Assembly (NCBI GenBank): GCA_963701095.1
Contig: OY969564.1
Span: forward strand, 1,632,001-1,696,000
Reading direction: 5' to 3'
DNA from: an uncultured Methanoregulaceae archaeon
GTDB lineage: Archaea > Halobacteriota > Methanomicrobia > Methanomicrobiales > Methanospirillaceae
Length of the DNA: 64,000 nucleotides
Positions within the stretch are counted from its first letter, which is position 1, and every line of letters starts with the position of its first letter. The translations under genes and the position numbers were made by a program. Of this stretch, positions 20,321 to 32,686 are shown one piece after another. The notes beneath the pieces are model-generated. The model was not told the DNA's origin. It did no database searches and worked only from the letters and a program-made list of their open reading frames with translations.

Positions 20321-22687
20321 TCAGGTTATTTTTGAATAATTGAGACTAATCTTTGTAAATTGATGCGAGATGTTGCTCAAATCAGTGAGAATAATTTGAT
20401 CTGGGGACATCGTATACAAGGTATCGTTGATATAAATCGCACGTTCAACCTGAGGTTCTGAATAACTGTTCTCGCCATGTATCACGGTTCCTTTATTTGT
20501 GAAACCCTGAACAGGATCGACACCGAAAACGCTCGCTCCGGTCATCGTACCATTTTGCATGAACGTGACATTCGAATCCTGTGTTTTCCAAAGGGTCATG
20601 GGAAGGCCGCCGAGGAAAACCGGTAAAACGAGGAGATTCTTCTGACGGTCAAACAAAAATGCTTTGGGATCGGTGAATACCTCCGATGAACTCCCCGCAC
20701 CCCCGAGTACAATGCTGTTGATTAAGGTAGGTTTTGTCACCTCGGATACATTGAAAAGCGAGAGCTTGATTCCGCCAGAAACATTGCCATCCCCCCTGGA
20801 ATTCGGGAGTGTATCCTGACCAATACCGATTATATGAGTGTCGTCAAACGGGTGCAGGTAGTCGGAAAAACCCGGGAGTTTGAGTTCCCCGAGGATTTTG
20901 GGGTTTACAGGATCGGACAAATTAATTACGAAAAACGGGTCGAGTTGTTGAAAGGTCACCATATAGAGACGATCTCCCATAAACCGGGTGGAATGCATCA
21001 TCTCATCCGGGGCGATATGTTCCACTCTTCCCGTGACATTCAGCTGGTCATCAAAGATAAAGACATTACTATACCGGTGTACCGGGTATCCTGGTAGCCT
21101 CACATTCGTCGCTACCCTTAGATTCCCATTATATTCGTCAAGTGAATACTGGTTTATCAGACTGCCATTTACGGTGCCTGATGCTTTGTACTGTATAGTT
21201 TCATTATCGAGCGAAAAGGCATACAGGTTGGTTTTATCGGCATATCCGTTCATGTCTGGCGCGGACACACCGAGGTACAGGTTCTGTGGGGAGACATAGA
21301 CAATACTGTCACTTCCTGTCAGGAATGTGATCGCTGTCGCGGGGGTCTCATCAGAGATGTCGACAGCTCCGGCCATATCGTATGAGAACTTGGTATTATT
21401 CTGTCCGAAATTGTATACTTCGGGCGTAATCATCTGGTTCTCTTCCAGTAGTGAAGGAAAAGTGATATTACCGGATAAATAATTTACCGGCTTTGTCGTG
21501 ATAAAATAGAGAAACTGCCCGATCAACCGGGAATTCAGGTAATCCCCGTCAGCATCGATTTCCCGCCTTAGCATGGGATGAGAGGGATCAGTGATTGAAT
21601 AGATGAGAATCCGGGTTCTTTTATAAGAGTCACCTGTTCCTGCATATTCGCAGATATCCTCAAGACCCACCGATTCGGTCACAAACAAAACCAACTGATC
21701 GTTATCCACATACATATCGATAGGAGTACCGTTCGTAGTAAGTGTTGTAATGAGACGGGCATCCTGAGCAGGATAGGCACGCAGGATGTAAACGGTGTTT
21801 CCTGAAATAGCGTAAATATTTGTTCCATCAGTTTTGATAATGTCTGCTTCATCCACCCCCGCGACCTGGTTATTCGTAGTGGAATATTCTGGTACTGCTG
21901 CTGAGCCGGAACTTGCCGTAGTCGCAGAGGCACCACTGAACTCTCCGCTGTCCGACTTGTCGGTGGGCTGAAATGATGCTGAATACACCTGCACAAGGAT
22001 ATCCTCACCAGGGGGAACGTTGGTCGATCCGGTAATAGTGACCATCTCCCCAACGTACCGGTCTCCAACAGGATCGATCGTGATATAATAGTCCTCACCG
22101 GGACCTGGTACATATTTCGTTCTTTTCGTGATTGGTATTTTTTCAGTCCGTACTCCGCTGAGTATATTGAAAATTGCGGTTCCGGTAGCATTTCTAGTAA
22201 CAGCAGATGCCGTTACCAGATACTCATCCGGTCTGAAAGTTGATGTGTCCAAGGTATAACTCCAGATCCGGGTCGTGTTGCAATCAGTAACACGAATAGT
22301 TCCCGATGATCCGGAAAAAGAGTATCGTGAAAAAGAGGGATACGCATTGTACGGCACAGTGTGGTTTTTCAGAAACCCCTGAACCTCTTCTGGTGATGGG
22401 AAAGAAGGCAGGCATGTATTACCTTGAGATACCAGGGTTTGATTATTGTAACCCGGGGATGCGATATAACCACTTCCATTCGTAAGATTTTCAAACGATA
22501 TTTGATCTGTCGATAATGACGCAATTTTGTCATTCGTATCGTTTGAGGTAATATTATGTCCTATGTCCAGGTAATTCGCGGAAAAGAGGGAAACAAGCGG
22601 ATGAAGCACTACCATACAAAATATAAAGATTCCTGTGATCGCACAAAGTAATATCAGCAATTTGTTGTTTTTTAAGGGTAGGTTCAT
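20321..22687 (-). CDS. Secreted beta-propeller domain protein with an N-terminal surface-protein module
   Basis: N-terminal TM; YSTTNNQVAGVDEADIIKTDG, NQYSLDEY.G.LRVAT, RFMG...VTF..LDP, GELKLPGFSDYLHP. Confidence 0.85.
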   Translation of the reverse strand: MNLPLKNNKLLILLCAITGIFIFCMVVLHPLVSLFSANYLDIGHNITSNDTNDKIASLSTDQISFENLTNGSGYIASPGYNNQTLVSQGNTCLPSFPSPEEVQGFLKNHTVPYNAYPSFSRYSFSGSSGTIRVTDCNTTRIWSYTLDTSTFRPDEYLVTASAVTRNATGTAIFNILSGVRTEKIPITKRTKYVPGPGEDYYITIDPVGDRYVGEMVTITGSTNVPPGEDILVQVYSASFQPTDKSDSGEFSGASATTASSGSAAVPEYSTTNNQVAGVDEADIIKTDGTNIYAISGNTVYILRAYPAQDARLITTLTTNGTPIDMYVDNDQLVLFVTESVGLEDICEYAGTGDSYKRTRILIYSITDPSHPMLRREIDADGDYLNSRLIGQFLYFITTKPVNYLSGNITFPSLLEENQMITPEVYNFGQNNTKFSYDMAGAVDISDETPATAITFLTGSDSIVYVSPQNLYLGVSAPDMNGYADKTNLYAFSLDNETIQYKASGTVNGSLINQYSLDEYNGNLRVATNVRLPGYPVHRYSNVFIFDDQLNVTGRVEHIAPDEMMHSTRFMGDRLYMVTFQQLDPFFVINLSDPVNPKILGELKLPGFSDYLHPFDDTHIIGIGQDTLPNSRGDGNVSGGIKLSLFNVSEVTKPTLINSIVLGGAGSSSEVFTDPKAFLFDRQKNLLVLPVFLGGLPMTLWKTQDSNVTFMQNGTMTGASVFGVDPVQGFTNKGTVIHGENSYSEPQVERAIYINDTLYTMSPDQIILTDLSNISHQFTKISLNYSKIT

Positions 22688-22966
22688 TAACAAAACACCA
22701 GATGTTACTGTAATGTCAGTTATTTTTATGTAATGAATGCAGAGAGAATTTTCGTTTCATTTTTACAGAAATTATTACTACATTTCTTGTATGTTTGGCA
22801 TAAATCAAGCTAATAGTTTCATTTTTTGAAACATTTCAAGGGAGGATTAATAGTAAAAAATTTGTTTGGCTTATTAAATCATTTAGGGTGAAAAAATGAA
22901 TTTAAACAAAACACTAGTAACAAAAATATTATTTTTTAAAGGAAAAAATTATGACAACGGTGGATC

Positions 22967-24106
22967 TTAGTTCCCACCAACATCTCTGATCCGTTCCATT
23001 GCTTCCCTGAGCCGGTCCATGGAAGCCGCATACGAAAGGCGGATCCAGCCGGGTGCATCGAAAGCACTGCCCGGTGTTGCAGCCACATGGCCTTTTTCAA
23101 GCCACCGGCTTGCAATCGCCATATCGTCGCCTTCGACTTTTACAAAAGCATAGAACGCGCCATCTGCCGGAGCAGTCTCGTAGCCCATCCGGCTCAGTTC
23201 TTTCATTATATAAATACGCCGGCGGTCAAATTCGGCTCGCATCTCTTCAACACAGTGCTGATCGCCTTTTAAAGCCGCAACTGCCCCCCACATGGCAAAG
23301 GTAGTTGCCTGGGAGACCGAGTGCTGCTGCACCTTCGACATCTCGTTGATAATCTCTTTTGGTGCTACTGCGTACCCGAGCCGCCAGCCGGTCATCGCGT
23401 ACGCTTTGGAAAAACCGTTTATTGTTATTGTCCGGTGAGCCATATCCCCGATACTGGCAAGCGAGATATGCCCTTTTCCGTATACCAGTTTCTCGTAGAT
23501 CTCATCAGACATTGCATAGAGATCGTGATCCTGGCAGAGATCTGCAATAAGGTTCATCGATTTCTTGTCAAACACCGCCCCGGATGGATTCGACGGTGAG
23601 TTGACCACGATCATTTTGGTGCTGGTGGTAACCCGTTCGAGAAGGGAATCGTCAAGCTGGAAAGTCTTCTGGTTGACTGCGTGTTTTACGATCTTCCCGC
23701 CAGCCATCTGGACACAGGGTTCGTACGATACCCAGGCAGGCGTGAGCAGGAGGACTTCGTCGCCGGGGTTCAGGACTGCTTCCATACCTTCATAGATGGC
23801 GTCCTTTGCCCCGCAGGCCACAATTACCTGATCCGGTTTACAGGAGAAATTATTCTCGCCCGTTATTTTTTCACTGATCGCACTCAGCAGCTCAGGAATC
23901 CCATTGCTGGGAGCATAATGCGTCTCTCCCCGGTTCAGGGCATCGATGCAGGCATCCCTGATATGTTTAGGAGTGTCGAAATCGGGCTCCCCAATCGAGA
24001 GGCTGATAACATCGATCCCCTCCCGCTGCATCTTCTTTGCCCGGTTGGAAATCTCGATAGTCGCGGATGGCACGATCGCCGCAACTTTCTTGGAAAGTGG
24101 CTTCAT
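22967..24106 (-). CDS. Aspartate aminotransferase-like class I/II PLP aminotransferase
   Basis: [35 protein letters not shown]. Confidence 0.93.
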   Translation of the reverse strand: MKPLSKKVAAIVPSATIEISNRAKKMQREGIDVISLSIGEPDFDTPKHIRDACIDALNRGETHYAPSNGIPELLSAISEKITGENNFSCKPDQVIVACGAKDAIYEGMEAVLNPGDEVLLLTPAWVSYEPCVQMAGGKIVKHAVNQKTFQLDDSLLERVTTSTKMIVVNSPSNPSGAVFDKKSMNLIADLCQDHDLYAMSDEIYEKLVYGKGHISLASIGDMAHRTITINGFSKAYAMTGWRLGYAVAPKEIINEMSKVQQHSVSQATTFAMWGAVAALKGDQHCVEEMRAEFDRRRIYIMKELSRMGYETAPADGAFYAFVKVEGDDMAIASRWLEKGHVAATPGSAFDAPGWIRLSYAASMDRLREAMERIRDVGGN

Positions 24107-24522
24107 TGCAATCGCTTGCACATCTTTACGGCAGACTCAACAGCGCGTTTCGCATAGTCTATCCGCTCATTTGCCTCAAGCCGGCTCATCCCGGGTCCGG
24201 ATATTCCAAGGGCCACGGGCTTACCGAACTCTAAGGAGAGATCGATAATCTTTCGGGCTGCATGTTGCACGACAATTTCATCGTGCTGGGTCGCCCCTTC
24301 GATTACACAACCTACCGTCACAACTGCATCGACTTTTCCTGCCGAAAGCATCTTTTTTATGGCAAGCGGCATATCAAAAGCCCCTGGCACATAGAGGCAG
24401 TCAGTCACTTCTGCTCCAAGGAACGCGGCATGTTCCCGTGCTTCGATCTCCATCATGTACGTAATGTCACGGTTGAATTCCGCAACGACAAATCCCAGTT
24501 TTATCGGTTTTGTGTCACACAT
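24103..24522 (-). CDS. ribH: 6,7-dimethyl-8-ribityllumazine synthase
   Basis: [25 protein letters not shown]. Confidence 0.93.
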   Translation of the reverse strand: MCDTKPIKLGFVVAEFNRDITYMMEIEAREHAAFLGAEVTDCLYVPGAFDMPLAIKKMLSAGKVDAVVTVGCVIEGATQHDEIVVQHAARKIIDLSLEFGKPVALGISGPGMSRLEANERIDYAKRAVESAVKMCKRLQ

Positions 24523-24564
24523 AGTTGATCATCTCGCTGGTATCCAACATAAACCTGTAGATCC

Positions 24565-26153
<1,589 letters not shown>

Positions 26154-26209
26154 GTGGATCTGTCAATAGTATTTTTATATAGACTGGATATAAGTTTGGA
26201 TGGCTTTTT

Positions 26210-26602
26210 ATGGCTGACGTAAGCATAATTTGCGGATCGGCATCCGACGCCGCGGTTGCCGACAAGGCAAAGAAAGTGCTCGATGATAACGGAATCTCCT
26301 GGGACTACGAGGTGATCTCAGCCCACCGTGCCCCGGACAAGCTGGATGCATATATCAAAAATTCCCCGTGTAAGGTCTATATCGCCATCGCCGGGCTCTC
26401 TGCGGCACTGCCCGGGGTTATCGCTTCAAAAACCGATAAGCCGGTCATTGGTGTGCCGGTCAGTGGGACCCTGAACGGTTTTGATGCCCTTCTTTCGATT
26501 GTCCAGATGCCAAAGGGAGTTCCGGTTGCATGCGTCGGCGTCGATAACGGCGACAATGCAGCACACCTCGCGATCCGGATCCTTAAACTGTCAGTGAAGT
26601 GA
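26210..26602 (+). CDS. purE: N5-CAIR mutase / AIR carboxylase
   Basis: [37 protein letters not shown]. Confidence 0.95.
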   Translation: MADVSIICGSASDAAVADKAKKVLDDNGISWDYEVISAHRAPDKLDAYIKNSPCKVYIAIAGLSAALPGVIASKTDKPVIGVPVSGTLNGFDALLSIVQMPKGVPVACVGVDNGDNAAHLAIRILKLSVK

Positions 26603-26642
26603 GCGGACAGGATTATCACCCCATCAGTTTAATGTTCGTACG

Positions 26643-27071
26643 ATGCCGATCCTGTCCGATCCTATAGTTACTCTTGAAGGTATATCGCTCCGTAACGTTT
26701 CGCTTTCGACCCTTGAGATTGATTTAGCAATCCGGGTAGAGAACCCTAACCCGGTGGGTGCTGACTTACAGGAATGCCCATTCACCGTCATGTACAAAAA
26801 GGGGGACACCGGCAGCCGGTTAGCGACTGGAAATACCGGAAACGCAAAGATCCCCGGTAATACCTCGACTGTACTCAAAGTCCCGGTCACCTCGCACAAC
26901 AAGGCTCTCGCCGGTGCATTTGCCACTTTTATCCTCAAAGGAGGAATGGAGGTGACCATTGAAGGGGTTGCAGTGATAAAATTCCTCGTCATCAAAAAAT
27001 CAGTACCATTCAGCCGGACTATATCGGTAACCACGGCAGATATTACCGGGATCGTGACCGGAAAGGGATAA
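26643..27071 (+). CDS. LEA_2 / WHy domain protein
   Basis: P.V.L..I...V.NPNP motif, beta-rich. Confidence 0.75.
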   Translation: MPILSDPIVTLEGISLRNVSLSTLEIDLAIRVENPNPVGADLQECPFTVMYKKGDTGSRLATGNTGNAKIPGNTSTVLKVPVTSHNKALAGAFATFILKGGMEVTIEGVAVIKFLVIKKSVPFSRTISVTTADITGIVTGKG

Positions 27072-27102
27072 AATTGTCAATAAAAATCAATAAACGCAGA
27101 TA

Positions 27103-28383
27103 TTACGTTCTTTTCTCTTCTTTTTCTTCAAATAATTCCCTGACCATTTTAATTGCACAAAGGTCCCCACACATCGAGCAGGTATCGGTTTCACCGTCGC
27201 GGCAGTGAATCTTCTGTGCATGATCGCCATACAGGGCAAGACGGAACTGTGAGTCCCAGTCGAGCCGGTGCCGGGCCTCCGCCATCTGCACTTCCCGTTC
27301 CATTTTGAATCCTTCGTGGCGCCGTACTATATCCCCTACATGCGCCGCGATCTTCGCAACCCTGGTCCCCTCGATAATATCTTCAACGTCCGGGAGAGCA
27401 AGGTGTTCGCTTGGTGAAACCATGCAGAGGAAATCAGCCCCGTTCCGGCAGGCTTCTGCACCGCCTATTGCAGCGACAACGTGGTCGTAGCCCGGCGCAA
27501 TGTCCGTCACAATTGGTCCAAGCAGGTACAGGGGTGCATGATCGGTAATTTCCTTGATCATCCGCACATTGTAGCCCACCTGGTCAAACGGCATATGCCC
27601 CGGCCCTTCGATCATCCGCTGGACACCCCGGGAAAGCGCACGTTTTGCTAGCACCCCGAGTGTCACGTATTCAACCGATTTTGCCAGTTTACCTGCGTCC
27701 TGCAGGCAGCCGGGCCGCATTCCGTCACCGAGACTGATAGTAACGTCATGTTCAGCAAGAATCTCCAGAAGATAGTCAAACTCGGAAAAAAGGGGGTTTT
27801 CCTCATCCCGGAGCATCATCATTGCACAATGGAACGTCCCACCCCGGCTTACCACACCCATCAATCGTGGGTCACTCCGGAGGGCATCAAGCACCTGACG
27901 GTTCACCCCGCAGTGAAGCGTTAAGAAATCAACACCTTGTTCGCAATGTTCCCGGATTACTTTAAAAAGCAGGTCGGCATCCACATCTGCTGCGTTTCCC
28001 GCCCTGCGGACAGCCTCATAGACCGGTACGGTTCCAACAGTCGTGTCGAGCGCGAGCATTTTCTTCCGGATTCTAACAAGATCGCCACCCGTGGAAAGGT
28101 CCATGATTGCATCGGCACCGTTGTCAAGGGCTGCCCGGGCCTTTTTTTCTTCAAGTGCATAGTCGCACCGGGTACCGGAAGTCCCGACATTTACGTTCAC
28201 CTTGACCGAGCATCCCTGACCAATGGCACAGTGATGGTGCCGGCGTTTTGCGTTTACCGGGATCACAATCCGCCCGGCAGCTATTCTCCGGGCCATGCGT
28301 TCAGCGTCCATGCCTTCAACCCGGGCCGCTTCTCCAACAGTATCAGGGACACAGGAAGAGCAGCTGCGGACCAGCACATCCAT
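27103..28383 (-). CDS. thiC: Phosphomethylpyrimidine synthase (ThiC family)
   Basis: KVNVNVGTS, MDLSTGG, GTVPVYE, SRGG, SLGDGMRPG, EGPGH, EHLALP, CSMCGDLC. Confidence 0.9.
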   Translation of the reverse strand: MDVLVRSCSSCVPDTVGEAARVEGMDAERMARRIAAGRIVIPVNAKRRHHHCAIGQGCSVKVNVNVGTSGTRCDYALEEKKARAALDNGADAIMDLSTGGDLVRIRKKMLALDTTVGTVPVYEAVRRAGNAADVDADLLFKVIREHCEQGVDFLTLHCGVNRQVLDALRSDPRLMGVVSRGGTFHCAMMMLRDEENPLFSEFDYLLEILAEHDVTISLGDGMRPGCLQDAGKLAKSVEYVTLGVLAKRALSRGVQRMIEGPGHMPFDQVGYNVRMIKEITDHAPLYLLGPIVTDIAPGYDHVVAAIGGAEACRNGADFLCMVSPSEHLALPDVEDIIEGTRVAKIAAHVGDIVRRHEGFKMEREVQMAEARHRLDWDSQFRLALYGDHAQKIHCRDGETDTCSMCGDLCAIKMVRELFEEKEEKRT

Positions 28384-28417
28384 AACAAACATCTGTTTGG
28401 ATGCTTTATTATTGTGC

Positions 28418-29019
28418 ATGAAGGTCAGGTGGATTCCCGAACAGGGTGCATTTGCTAACTCGTACATTTTCGGTACCGTTCTTGTAGACGCCGGTCTCCT
28501 TCCCATGGCAATCCGGGAGTACAAGGACGGGATCGACACCATCGTCCTGACTCATTGCCATTTCGACCATATCGCCCATGTAAAAGAGATCGCCCATATG
28601 TGCAAGGCGAAAGTGGCCATCCACCGGGAAGATGCCGCAGGGCTTGTGGATGATTCACGGAGCCTCTCGATGCATTTTTGCGCCCGTTCGCCCGGAATGA
28701 TACCGGATATCATACTCAATGAGGGCGACACCATTGGCGGCCTCCAGGTCATCCATACACCCGGCCATACCCCGGGTAGCATCTGCCTTTATTCAGCACC
28801 GGATAAGGTGCTTATCAGCGGGGATACTGTCTTTACCGATGGCGCTTTTGGCCGCTATGATTTCCCCGGGGGAAGCAGGCAGTCGCTTGCGCATTCTCTC
28901 GACCGGCTGGGGAGCTCGATGTGGAGGGGCTGTATCCCGGGCATGGTCAGCCGGTGGACTGCGGCGGGAAACGGCACATCGAAGCGGCACGACAGCTCAT
29001 GAAGGCCGGGTATGGATAA
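28418..29019 (+). CDS. MBL-fold metallo-hydrolase (frameshift near 28910)
   Basis: THCHFDH, HTPGHTPG, SGDT; shifted C-terminus LYPGHG. Confidence 0.88.
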
Positions 29020-29473
29020 AGGAATTTACTGCCTTGTTTTAAAAAACCCGGCCTGCAAACTGCGGGTCGGGGCTCTCGGGATCCTTTCGTTTGCAGCCGG
29101 CTGGCACTGCTATGTCGGTTCAGCCCTTGGCCCCGGAGGCCTTGTCCGGCTCGAACGACATCTCCGTATCAAAGGACATCAGGATCAGCGCCCGCAATGG
29201 CATATCGATTACCTTCTCATGGATCCGCGGTTTGGGGTTGCTTATGCTGTAAGTGCCCCCACCACCGAACGCCTGGAATGCCGGTTAGCTGCGATTCTTG
29301 CCCGGGAGGGTACTGGAGTACAAAAGTTCGGGTGCAGTGACTGCGACTGCCTGTCCCACCTCCTGTTCTGGAACAGGGATCCAAGAGACACGATAGTCGC
29401 TGCATTTTCTGACCTTGGCCTTCGTTCCGGGATCAAAACTATCATTACCCCAAAAAGACAGGGTATCGTATGA
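29012..29473 (+). CDS. GIY-YIG-like nuclease (DUF123 type)
   Basis: KGIY, YVGSA, RH, WHIDYL, EC, FGCSDC.C.SHL. Confidence 0.85.
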   Translation: MDKGIYCLVLKNPACKLRVGALGILSFAAGWHCYVGSALGPGGLVRLERHLRIKGHQDQRPQWHIDYLLMDPRFGVAYAVSAPTTERLECRLAAILAREGTGVQKFGCSDCDCLSHLLFWNRDPRDTIVAAFSDLGLRSGIKTIITPKRQGIV

Positions 29474-30023
29474 AAGTTCTGGGGATATCAGGCAGTATGA
29501 GAAAGGAGGGAAACACTGCACAGCTGATACAGGTGATCCTCGGGCAGTGCAGGGATGCCGGGATCCAAACGGAATTTATCTCCCTCGCCGGCAAGAAGAT
29601 CCTTCCCTGTCTTGGCTGTGGGAAATGCATCGAGAAGAAATGGTGCATTAACGAGACTGATGACTGGGGTGGCATTGCTGAAAAGATGCTGGCATGCGAG
29701 GTCCTCGTGATAGGATCGCCTACGTATTATTATGATGTCAACGGCCACCTCAAGAATTTCATCGACCGCACGTACTCCCTTTTCCATGACCGCAAGCTTC
29801 CGGCCGAAAAGGGATCGCTGTCGCGGTCCATGCATCGGCAGGTGCGGAACGCACAGTAAAGACCATCGAAGGGTTCCTCAATGCCCATGAATTTGCATCC
29901 CTGGGATCAGTCACCGGGATTGGAACGGACGAAGGCGATATTATGAACGATGCAAAAGCCATTGCCCAGGCAAAAAAGACCGGCGACAAAATAGTCCGGT
30001 TGCTGCTCCCTCACCACGATTAA
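29470..30023 (+). CDS. Iron-sulfur flavoprotein (frameshift near 29799)
   Basis: GISGS.R..GNT, CLGCGKC.....C, GSPTYY, KNFIDR; shifted frame continues to TAA at 30023. Confidence 0.85.
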
Positions 30024-30311
30024 GTCGTTGAATTATAATCCTGATCTTTTTTATAATTCTTTAACCCGGGCATTTTTCCGGGCTTTCGACAGAGGGCCCC
30101 GAATTGTAAGATCCCAAACTTTTCAGCAGAGCTCGATTTTTGTCTGTCCATATGAGCGCTTCACGGATTTATCTATCAGATGTTAAAGAGACAGACGGAT
30201 ACTAATTACTTGTTTAATTCAACGCCGGTGATTTTTGTCAGCCTTTCCAAAAAACGTCGTTCGGCGGGATCGCATATCGTTGTTGATGGAGAAAATGATA
30301 AATACAATTAA

Positions 30312-30334
30312 TCGTACAAATATGATTTGTATGA
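30312..30334. promoter_or_regulatory. Inverted repeat upstream of the AbrB-family gene (candidate operator)
   Basis: TCGTACAAAT-atg-ATTTGTATGA, 10-bp arms with one mismatch, about 40 nt before the start codon. Confidence 0.45.
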
Positions 30335-30372
30335 AAAATAAGAATTGTCAGAGTGATGATCTGGTCAGCGAT

Positions 30373-30603
30373 ATGATCGCCCCCCGGAAAGAGAAAACCA
30401 AACACCTCTTTGGGAGCGTCAAGGTTGGCGAGCGCGGGCAGATTGTTATTCCTAAGGAAGCCCGGGAGATCTTTGACATCAAGCAGGGGGATATCCTGCT
30501 GGTGCTCGGTGACGTAGAACGCGGGATTGCGCTGGTCAAGGCTGATGCGCTCCAGGAATTTGCGCGCCAGATACTGGATAAAGCAAGCAAACCTGATGAG
30601 TAA
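30373..30603 (+). CDS. AbrB/MazE/SpoVT family DNA-binding protein
   Basis: FGSVKVGERGQIVIPKEAREIFDIKQGD. Confidence 0.9.
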   Translation: MIAPRKEKTKHLFGSVKVGERGQIVIPKEAREIFDIKQGDILLVLGDVERGIALVKADALQEFARQILDKASKPDE

Positions 30604-30636
30604 CTGCTCAGGAGTTGTGGTAAGGAGGACAAAAAT

Positions 30637-32007
30637 ATGGAAATTGTCGTATTGAACGGAAGCCCGAAGGGTGACGTCAGTGTCACGATGCAGTATATTG
30701 CGTATATCCGTAAAAAATTCCCGGACCAGACCTATACAATACTCAATGTTGCAGCAGATATCAAAAAAATAGAGAGGGACACGGCTACCTGGAACAAAAT
30801 GCTTGAAACTATCCGGTCCGCTGACCTGGTCCTCTGGGCATTTCCCCTCTATTATCTTGTCGTCAGTTCCCAGTACAAGCGGTTTATCGAACTCATCTTT
30901 GAACGAAAGGCACAGGATGCATTTGCCGGAACCTATTCCGCATCACTCTCGACATCGATCCATTTCTTTGACCAGACTGCCCATGCCTACATCCAGGCTA
31001 TTAGTGACGACCTTGGGATGAAGTATCTGGGGTTTTATTCTGCGGAAATGAGGGATCTCCTCAAAGAAGAAGAACGACAGCGCCTGGAGAAATTTACCTC
31101 GCTTCTCATCTCCGCCGTCCGGGAAAAGATAGCAGTCCAGCAGGAGAACGCTCCTTTAGTATGGCCGGTACTCGCGTACGTTCCGGGCACGCAGCAAAAA
31201 ACAACCAGGACAAGTACCAAAAAAGTTGTCATGCTTACTGATTCTGACGGCAGTTCTCCTAATCTTTCTGCGATGACTGACCGGCTTTTCCGGAATTTTG
31301 CCGGTTCAGTAGAGATCATCAATCTTCATGATCTGAAGGTAAAAGGCGGCTGTCTCGGCTGCTGCCAGTGCGGCTATGACAACACCTGCGTCTATACCGA
31401 CGATTACATTGACTTTTACAAAAACAAACTCATGCCCGCCGATATCATTATCATGGCAGGCTCGGTGCACGACCGGTACCTATCATCGACGTGGAAACAG
31501 TTTTTCGACCGGAGTTTCTTCAAAGGTCATGTCCCCGGACTCAAAGGTAAACAAATCGGGTTTGTGATTGCAGGTCCCTTCCACCAGATCCCGAACCTGA
31601 GAGAGGCACTGGCCGCATGGGCGGATAACGGCGGGTGTTATGCGCAGTTTGTTACTGACGAGGTATCGGGTTCACAAGAACTTGATGCCCTTCTTGATAC
31701 TTTGGCCGCTCGTCTCGTTGAATGTGCAGAAAAAGGGTACATCCCCCCGCACACGTTCTATGCGGTCGGCGGCCACAAAATATTCCGGGATAATATTTAC
31801 GCTGGCATGAGGCTCCCGTTCCAGGCAGATTACCGGTATTTCCGGGAACACGGTATGTTTGATTTTCCCCAGGCTGATCTGAAGACCCGGTGTTTCAATG
31901 CTATACTTATCCCTTTAACGAAAATCCCCGGTTTCCGGAAAAAAGTGTTTGCTGACATTAAACACCATATGATCCGGCCGTTCGAAAGCGTGCTCCGGAA
32001 TGCCTGA
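30637..32007 (+). CDS. Two-domain flavodoxin-like NAD(P)H-dependent oxidoreductase
   Basis: N-domain LNGSPKG...FPLY; second domain carries CLGCCQCGYDNTC and KQFFDR. Confidence 0.8.
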   Translation: MEIVVLNGSPKGDVSVTMQYIAYIRKKFPDQTYTILNVAADIKKIERDTATWNKMLETIRSADLVLWAFPLYYLVVSSQYKRFIELIFERKAQDAFAGTYSASLSTSIHFFDQTAHAYIQAISDDLGMKYLGFYSAEMRDLLKEEERQRLEKFTSLLISAVREKIAVQQENAPLVWPVLAYVPGTQQKTTRTSTKKVVMLTDSDGSSPNLSAMTDRLFRNFAGSVEIINLHDLKVKGGCLGCCQCGYDNTCVYTDDYIDFYKNKLMPADIIIMAGSVHDRYLSSTWKQFFDRSFFKGHVPGLKGKQIGFVIAGPFHQIPNLREALAAWADNGGCYAQFVTDEVSGSQELDALLDTLAARLVECAEKGYIPPHTFYAVGGHKIFRDNIYAGMRLPFQADYRYFREHGMFDFPQADLKTRCFNAILIPLTKIPGFRKKVFADIKHHMIRPFESVLRNA

Positions 32008-32028
32008 TTATTTTAATGGAGAGAAACA

Positions 32029-32604
32029 ATGAGAAATGCCGGCCTGTTTTTGGGTTTTGTCCCGTTGATCGTCTATGGCATCCTCGCCGGAAGCTCCGTC
32101 TCCAGCGTTTTGTATGCACTTGTTGCAGCAACTATCACTATCGTTGCAGTCGGCTGGAACGATCTCAGGAAAGGTAGAATCCTGATTTGGGCAAACCTTG
32201 TGTTGTTCGGAAGCGCTTTCATTGCAATCGGCGTACTTGAAATGGCGTGGTTCATCCCGTATATGGGCGTCCTGATTTATGCAGTGCTTGCGGTAGTCAC
32301 ACTTGGATCGATCCTTGCCGGGGTACCATTTACCCTGCAGTATGCCCGGGAAATGGTGGATAAAAAACTCTGGGAAAATCCCTTTTTCATCCGGATTAAC
32401 GTCCTGATCACGGGCGTGTGGACGGGAGTCTTTCTGGTAAATTTCGGCCTGAACGTGATTATGCTTGTTATCGCGGGTACTCCCCGTGGCATCCTACAGG
32501 TCACCACGTATGTCGTCCTCATTGGCGGGATCATCTTTACTCTTTGGTATCCGGAACACATCAGAAAGAGAGATGCTACCATATCCATCCATAACCCGGC
32601 GTGA
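32029..32604 (+). CDS. Integral membrane protein
   Basis: About six hydrophobic helices, PFTLQYARE motif. Confidence 0.7.
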   Translation: MRNAGLFLGFVPLIVYGILAGSSVSSVLYALVAATITIVAVGWNDLRKGRILIWANLVLFGSAFIAIGVLEMAWFIPYMGVLIYAVLAVVTLGSILAGVPFTLQYAREMVDKKLWENPFFIRINVLITGVWTGVFLVNFGLNVIMLVIAGTPRGILQVTTYVVLIGGIIFTLWYPEHIRKRDATISIHNPA

Positions 32605-32686
32605 TTCTTATGAACTATTGGCGTGAACCTAAGAAAACAATACATTGTCAGCATACTGCTTAAGTGCCCAGGGAGTATGAGGAATT

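Noticed and set aside
22690..22960. AT-rich gaps (also 62455-62860) as a replication origin
   Set aside because: No ORB-like repeats or adjacent cdc6; consistent with ordinary promoter DNA.
29012..29473. GIY-YIG protein as a homing endonuclease or intron
   Set aside because: It is the short DUF123-type archaeal housekeeping form, overlapping flanking genes operon-style and interrupting nothing.
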